Positions 61,206 to 64,000 of a stretch of 64,000 nucleotides of DNA are shown here, in pieces; the stretch's first letter is position 1; the number at the start of each line of letters is the position of its first letter. The notes below the pieces were generated by a model. It had not been told where the DNA came from, made no database searches, and saw only the letters and a program-made list of their open reading frames with translations. The DNA is from Escherichia coli (GTDB lineage Bacteria; Pseudomonadota; Gammaproteobacteria; Enterobacterales; Enterobacteriaceae): the NCBI RefSeq assembly GCF_017348835.2, contig NZ_CP071375.1. One strand, written 5' to 3'. A program made the translations under genes and the position numbers.

Positions 61206-61988
61206 TTAGGAACTTATCTCTCCATCCTGACCCGATGGCGCACTGAACTCAACCCTTTCATTTTCAGGAAGCAGACCCCGCCAGCCAAATTGTGATAACG
61301 CCTGCATCCAGGTGTCGTCCAGGCCCGCGTGAATAGTCAGCGGCTCGCCAGTAAAAGGATGCGTCAATGACAACTGACTGGCATGCAGCATTAAGCGCTG
61401 AAGGCCAAAATGCTCAGCACCGCTGCGATTCTGGCGTAAATCGCCATGTTTGCTATCGCCAATAATCGGATGACGCAAATGGGCAAGATGGCGACGGAGC
61501 TGGTGCTTGCGTCCGGTTTTCGGCTCCAGTTCCACCAGGCCGTAGCGCGTGGTCGGGTAACGTCCGGTCGCGACCGGCATTTCTACGGTCGCCAGACCGC
61601 GATAATGCGTCACTGCTGGCTGCGGGCCTTTATCTTCGCGGGCAAATTTATCAGCGATTTTGTCCAGTTCTTCCACCAGTGGATAATCCAGCACCGCTTC
61701 TTCCATCAACCAGCCGCGCACAATCGCATGGTAACGTTTCTGGATTTGGTGCTGTTCAAACTGTTGTGCCAGCAGCCGTCCGGCCTCGCTGGATAATCCC
61801 ATCAACAACACACCAGAAGTTGGTCGGTCCAGACGATGAGCAGTAAAAACATGCTGTCCTATCTGGTCACGCACGGTTTGCATGACCACTACTTTCTCGT
61901 CGCGATCCAGCCAGCTGCGGTGAACCAGCCAGCCGGAGGGTTTATTTACCGCAACCAGCCATTCATCCTGATAGAGTATTTCCAGCAT
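61206..61988 (-). CDS. truC: tRNA pseudouridine(65) synthase TruC
   Basis: 260 aa RluA-family; motif [12 protein letters not shown]. Confidence 0.93.
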
Positions 61989-62317
61989 TAGCTCGCATCA
62001 TCCGCAAAAAGAGCATCCAGTTTTTCCAACTCAGTCAGAATAAGCGCGCGTTGCGGATGGTCCGTCGCCAGCGCCATTTCATAATAGGGTGCAACGGCAA
62101 AAGCGCCCGGTAACGGCTGGTTGTTATCTAACAAATCGTGCATTCGTGGGATCAGCACCCACTGCAACCACTCCAGTGGTTCCATGGTGTCCATAAAGAA
62201 CGGTTGGGTACTGTTAAATTGATGCGGCTGGGGTTCATCGTTTCGCCAGTGCTGATGTTCACGCAGTAACGCTTCAAGCGCCTGCAACTGGAGACGAACG
62301 CGGTCATGAGTGGTCAT
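61988..62317 (-). CDS. yqcC: DUF446 protein YqcC
   Basis: 109 aa; stop overlaps the truC start. Confidence 0.85.
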   Translation of the reverse strand: MTTHDRVRLQLQALEALLREHQHWRNDEPQPHQFNSTQPFFMDTMEPLEWLQWVLIPRMHDLLDNNQPLPGAFAVAPYYEMALATDHPQRALILTELEKLDALFADDAS

Positions 62318-62360
62318 AAAGCAACCTCAATAAGAAAAACTGCCGCGAAGGATAGCAGGA

Positions 62361-62719
62361 ATAAAAAAAGGGAGCACTGTATTCACAGTGCTCCCGGTTC
62401 GTTTCGCAGCATTCCAGCTACTTTTGTTGCTCCCTGCTCATCCTTGACAACTTTTCCTCTGGCCTTGCGGCCAATCGTTCATCCTGAACTATTGCTTCCT
62501 GCTCACACCACCCCGATGTGATACTTCATCCTGAAGTGTCCCTGGCCTTCCTGACCCACCGAATCATCCTGACCGGTTCTCATTCTCCATCCTGGAGGTG
62601 TCCTTTAACGCGTCCTGCGTCATCCTCTTCGCTTCATCCAGAAGCCTTTCCCTGAAACACCATCCTGGTGTGTCCTTCAGAAGTGTCATCATCCTGATGT
62701 TCACTTCGTTGTCTGACTC
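62361..62719 (-). ncRNA. csrB: CsrB regulatory sRNA (CsrA-sequestering)
   Basis: Plus strand carries many ATCCTG/TCCTG units, i.e. CAGGA(U/A)G motifs on the minus strand. The 5' end matches GAGTCAGACAACGAAGTGAACATCAGGATG and the 3' end is a terminator hairpin. Confidence 0.85.
62362..62395 (-). terminator. csrB rho-independent terminator
   Basis: Perfect 10-bp stem GGGAGCACTG/CAGTGCTCCC, 6-nt loop, then U7 on the minus strand. Confidence 0.75.
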
Positions 62720-62901
62720 CCTGTCGACGAAGATAGAATCGTCTTTTTCGCGAAGTCTTACAAGGCGCTTACAGACAATGCCTTAAGGAAAATTTCATAT
62801 GAAAGTTAAGAATTAACAAGCAACATATTGATTTTAAATGAAAATAACGATTCTTATCTTTTTAAGTATTCGCTTATTTCCTGGCGATCTCCTACAGAGT
62901 C

Positions 62902-62919
62902 TGTAAGAGATCTCTCACA
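62902..62919. promoter_or_regulatory. UvrY (BarA/UvrY) binding inverted repeat upstream of csrB
   Basis: TGTAAGAGATCTCTCACA, near-palindrome centred about 190 bp upstream of the csrB 5' end. Confidence 0.6.
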
Positions 62920-62938
62920 ACCAGATGGGGTATTTGGA

Positions 62939-63484
62939 TTACAGAAGAGGCTTAAGTTGATTAAGGAATTCCGCAAGATTTGAGGCTAAATGCGTCCGTT
63001 TACGTGTTCCCAGCGTCTCTTTACACACTTCACCGGAGAGATTACACACCGAGATGACCTCTAACTCTTCTTCCAGCGTCGCGATAAATAGCGTGGGCGG
63101 CAGTTTTAGCCTTTTCTGAGTCACCAGATGACCAATCAGATTTTCCTGCACCCGACGGAAGTCGTCTTCACTCCAGGTTTGCAGCAATGTCAGTTTGATA
63201 TCGCCAAACTGCGCGTGCATATCCCCGGCAAACTGAGTCGTATAAAAGGTATGAATTGTGGGTTGTATCACAATATCAAAAGCGCGTTCAACCGCGTTTA
63301 CATTTTGTTCCCCGGTAAACGGCTGGGGTTGCCAGTATACGGCATCTTCAGTAGTTGAAATAATGCACGGTGAAGGAACGCCGTACAGTTCCTCACTTAA
63401 CGGCCAGCTTTTATGCTCTTCCTGCCACGCATCGCAGTAGCGTGCAGTAAAATCTTTCAGGGCTTGTGCGGTCAAATCGTCCAC
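62939..63484 (-). CDS. syd: SecY-interacting protein Syd
   Basis: 181 aa, [17 protein letters not shown]-terminus. Confidence 0.9.
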   Translation of the reverse strand: MDDLTAQALKDFTARYCDAWQEEHKSWPLSEELYGVPSPCIISTTEDAVYWQPQPFTGEQNVNAVERAFDIVIQPTIHTFYTTQFAGDMHAQFGDIKLTLLQTWSEDDFRRVQENLIGHLVTQKRLKLPPTLFIATLEEELEVISVCNLSGEVCKETLGTRKRTHLASNLAEFLNQLKPLL

Positions 63485-63551
63485 TAATTTCTCTCTTCAC
63501 TTAAACCAGATACACTTGTCGTTTAGTTTATCTGGTTTATGACGGTGAAAC

Positions 63552-64000
63552 ATGTCTTCTTATGCAAACCATCAGGCACTTGCGGGCCTGACTCTTGGAA
63601 AATCAACCGATTACCGGGATACCTATGACGCCAGCCTACTGCAAGGCGTTCCACGCAGCCTGAATCGCGACCCGCTGGGTCTGAAAGCGGATAACCTGTC
63701 TTTTCACGGTACGGATATCTGGACGCTGTATGAACTTTCCTGGCTGAATGCGAAAGGGTTGCCGCAGGTCGCTGTCGGTCATGTTGAACTTGATTACACC
63801 AGCGTAAATCTGATTGAGTCGAAGAGTTTTAAGCTCTATCTCAACAGTTTTAACCAGACGCGTTTTAATAACTGGGATGAGGTGCGCCAGACGCTGGAGC
63901 GCGACTTAAGCACTTGCGCTCAGGGTGAGGTTAGCGTGGCGTTATATCGTCTTGATGAACTGGAAGGCCAGCCGATAGGTCATTTCAATGGCACTTGCAT
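63552..64000 (+). CDS. queF: NADPH-dependent 7-cyano-7-deazaguanine reductase, N-terminal part (3' end outside the window)
   Basis: Starts [37 protein letters not shown]; the frame is open to the window end. Confidence 0.9.
   Translation, partial: MSSYANHQALAGLTLGKSTDYRDTYDASLLQGVPRSLNRDPLGLKADNLSFHGTDIWTLYELSWLNAKGLPQVAVGHVELDYTSVNLIESKSFKLYLNSFNQTRFNNWDEVRQTLERDLSTCAQGEVSVALYRLDELEGQPIGHFNGTC

Overview
Escherichia coli-type chromosomal segment, almost entirely conserved core genes, with a few accessory or decayed loci. Gene order (strand in features): mutS (3' part), pphB, a UbiX/UbiD/small-subunit decarboxylase operon with a divergent MarR-family regulator (the variable mutS-rpoS segment), rpoS, nlpD, pcm, surE, truD, ispF, ispD, ftsB, ygbE, cysC-cysN-cysD, iap, CRISPR array 1, a decayed type I-E cas operon, cysH-cysI-cysJ, queD, ygcN-O-P-Q-R-S-U-W, yqcE, ygcE, CRISPR 2 arrays, queE, ygcG, eno, pyrG, mazG-mazF-mazE-relA, rlmD, barA, gudD-gudX-gudP, yqcA, truC, yqcC, csrB, syd, queF (5' part). 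The main result is that the type I-E CRISPR-Cas system is broken in two independent ways: an internal deletion fuses the first ~27 codons of cse2 out of frame to the last ~75 codons of cas2 (cas7, cas5, cas6e and cas1 are absent), and a 1310-bp IS629-like IS3-family element splits cas3 after codon 35 with a 3-bp target duplication. Only cse1 looks intact, and three arrays with two repeat variants persist as orphans. A second IS629-like copy in the same orientation splits gudP with a 4-bp duplication. A 50-aa Hok-family toxin ORF (below the ORF-track cutoff) and a rve-domain transposase ORF lacking its own stop sit between cas3 and cysH. yqcE is split across two frames. I do not see convincing evidence for a wholly undescribed system; the least characterised coherent module is the conserved ygcN-ygcE cluster. 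All identifications rest on reading the translations and sequence motifs against remembered families; no database search was run.
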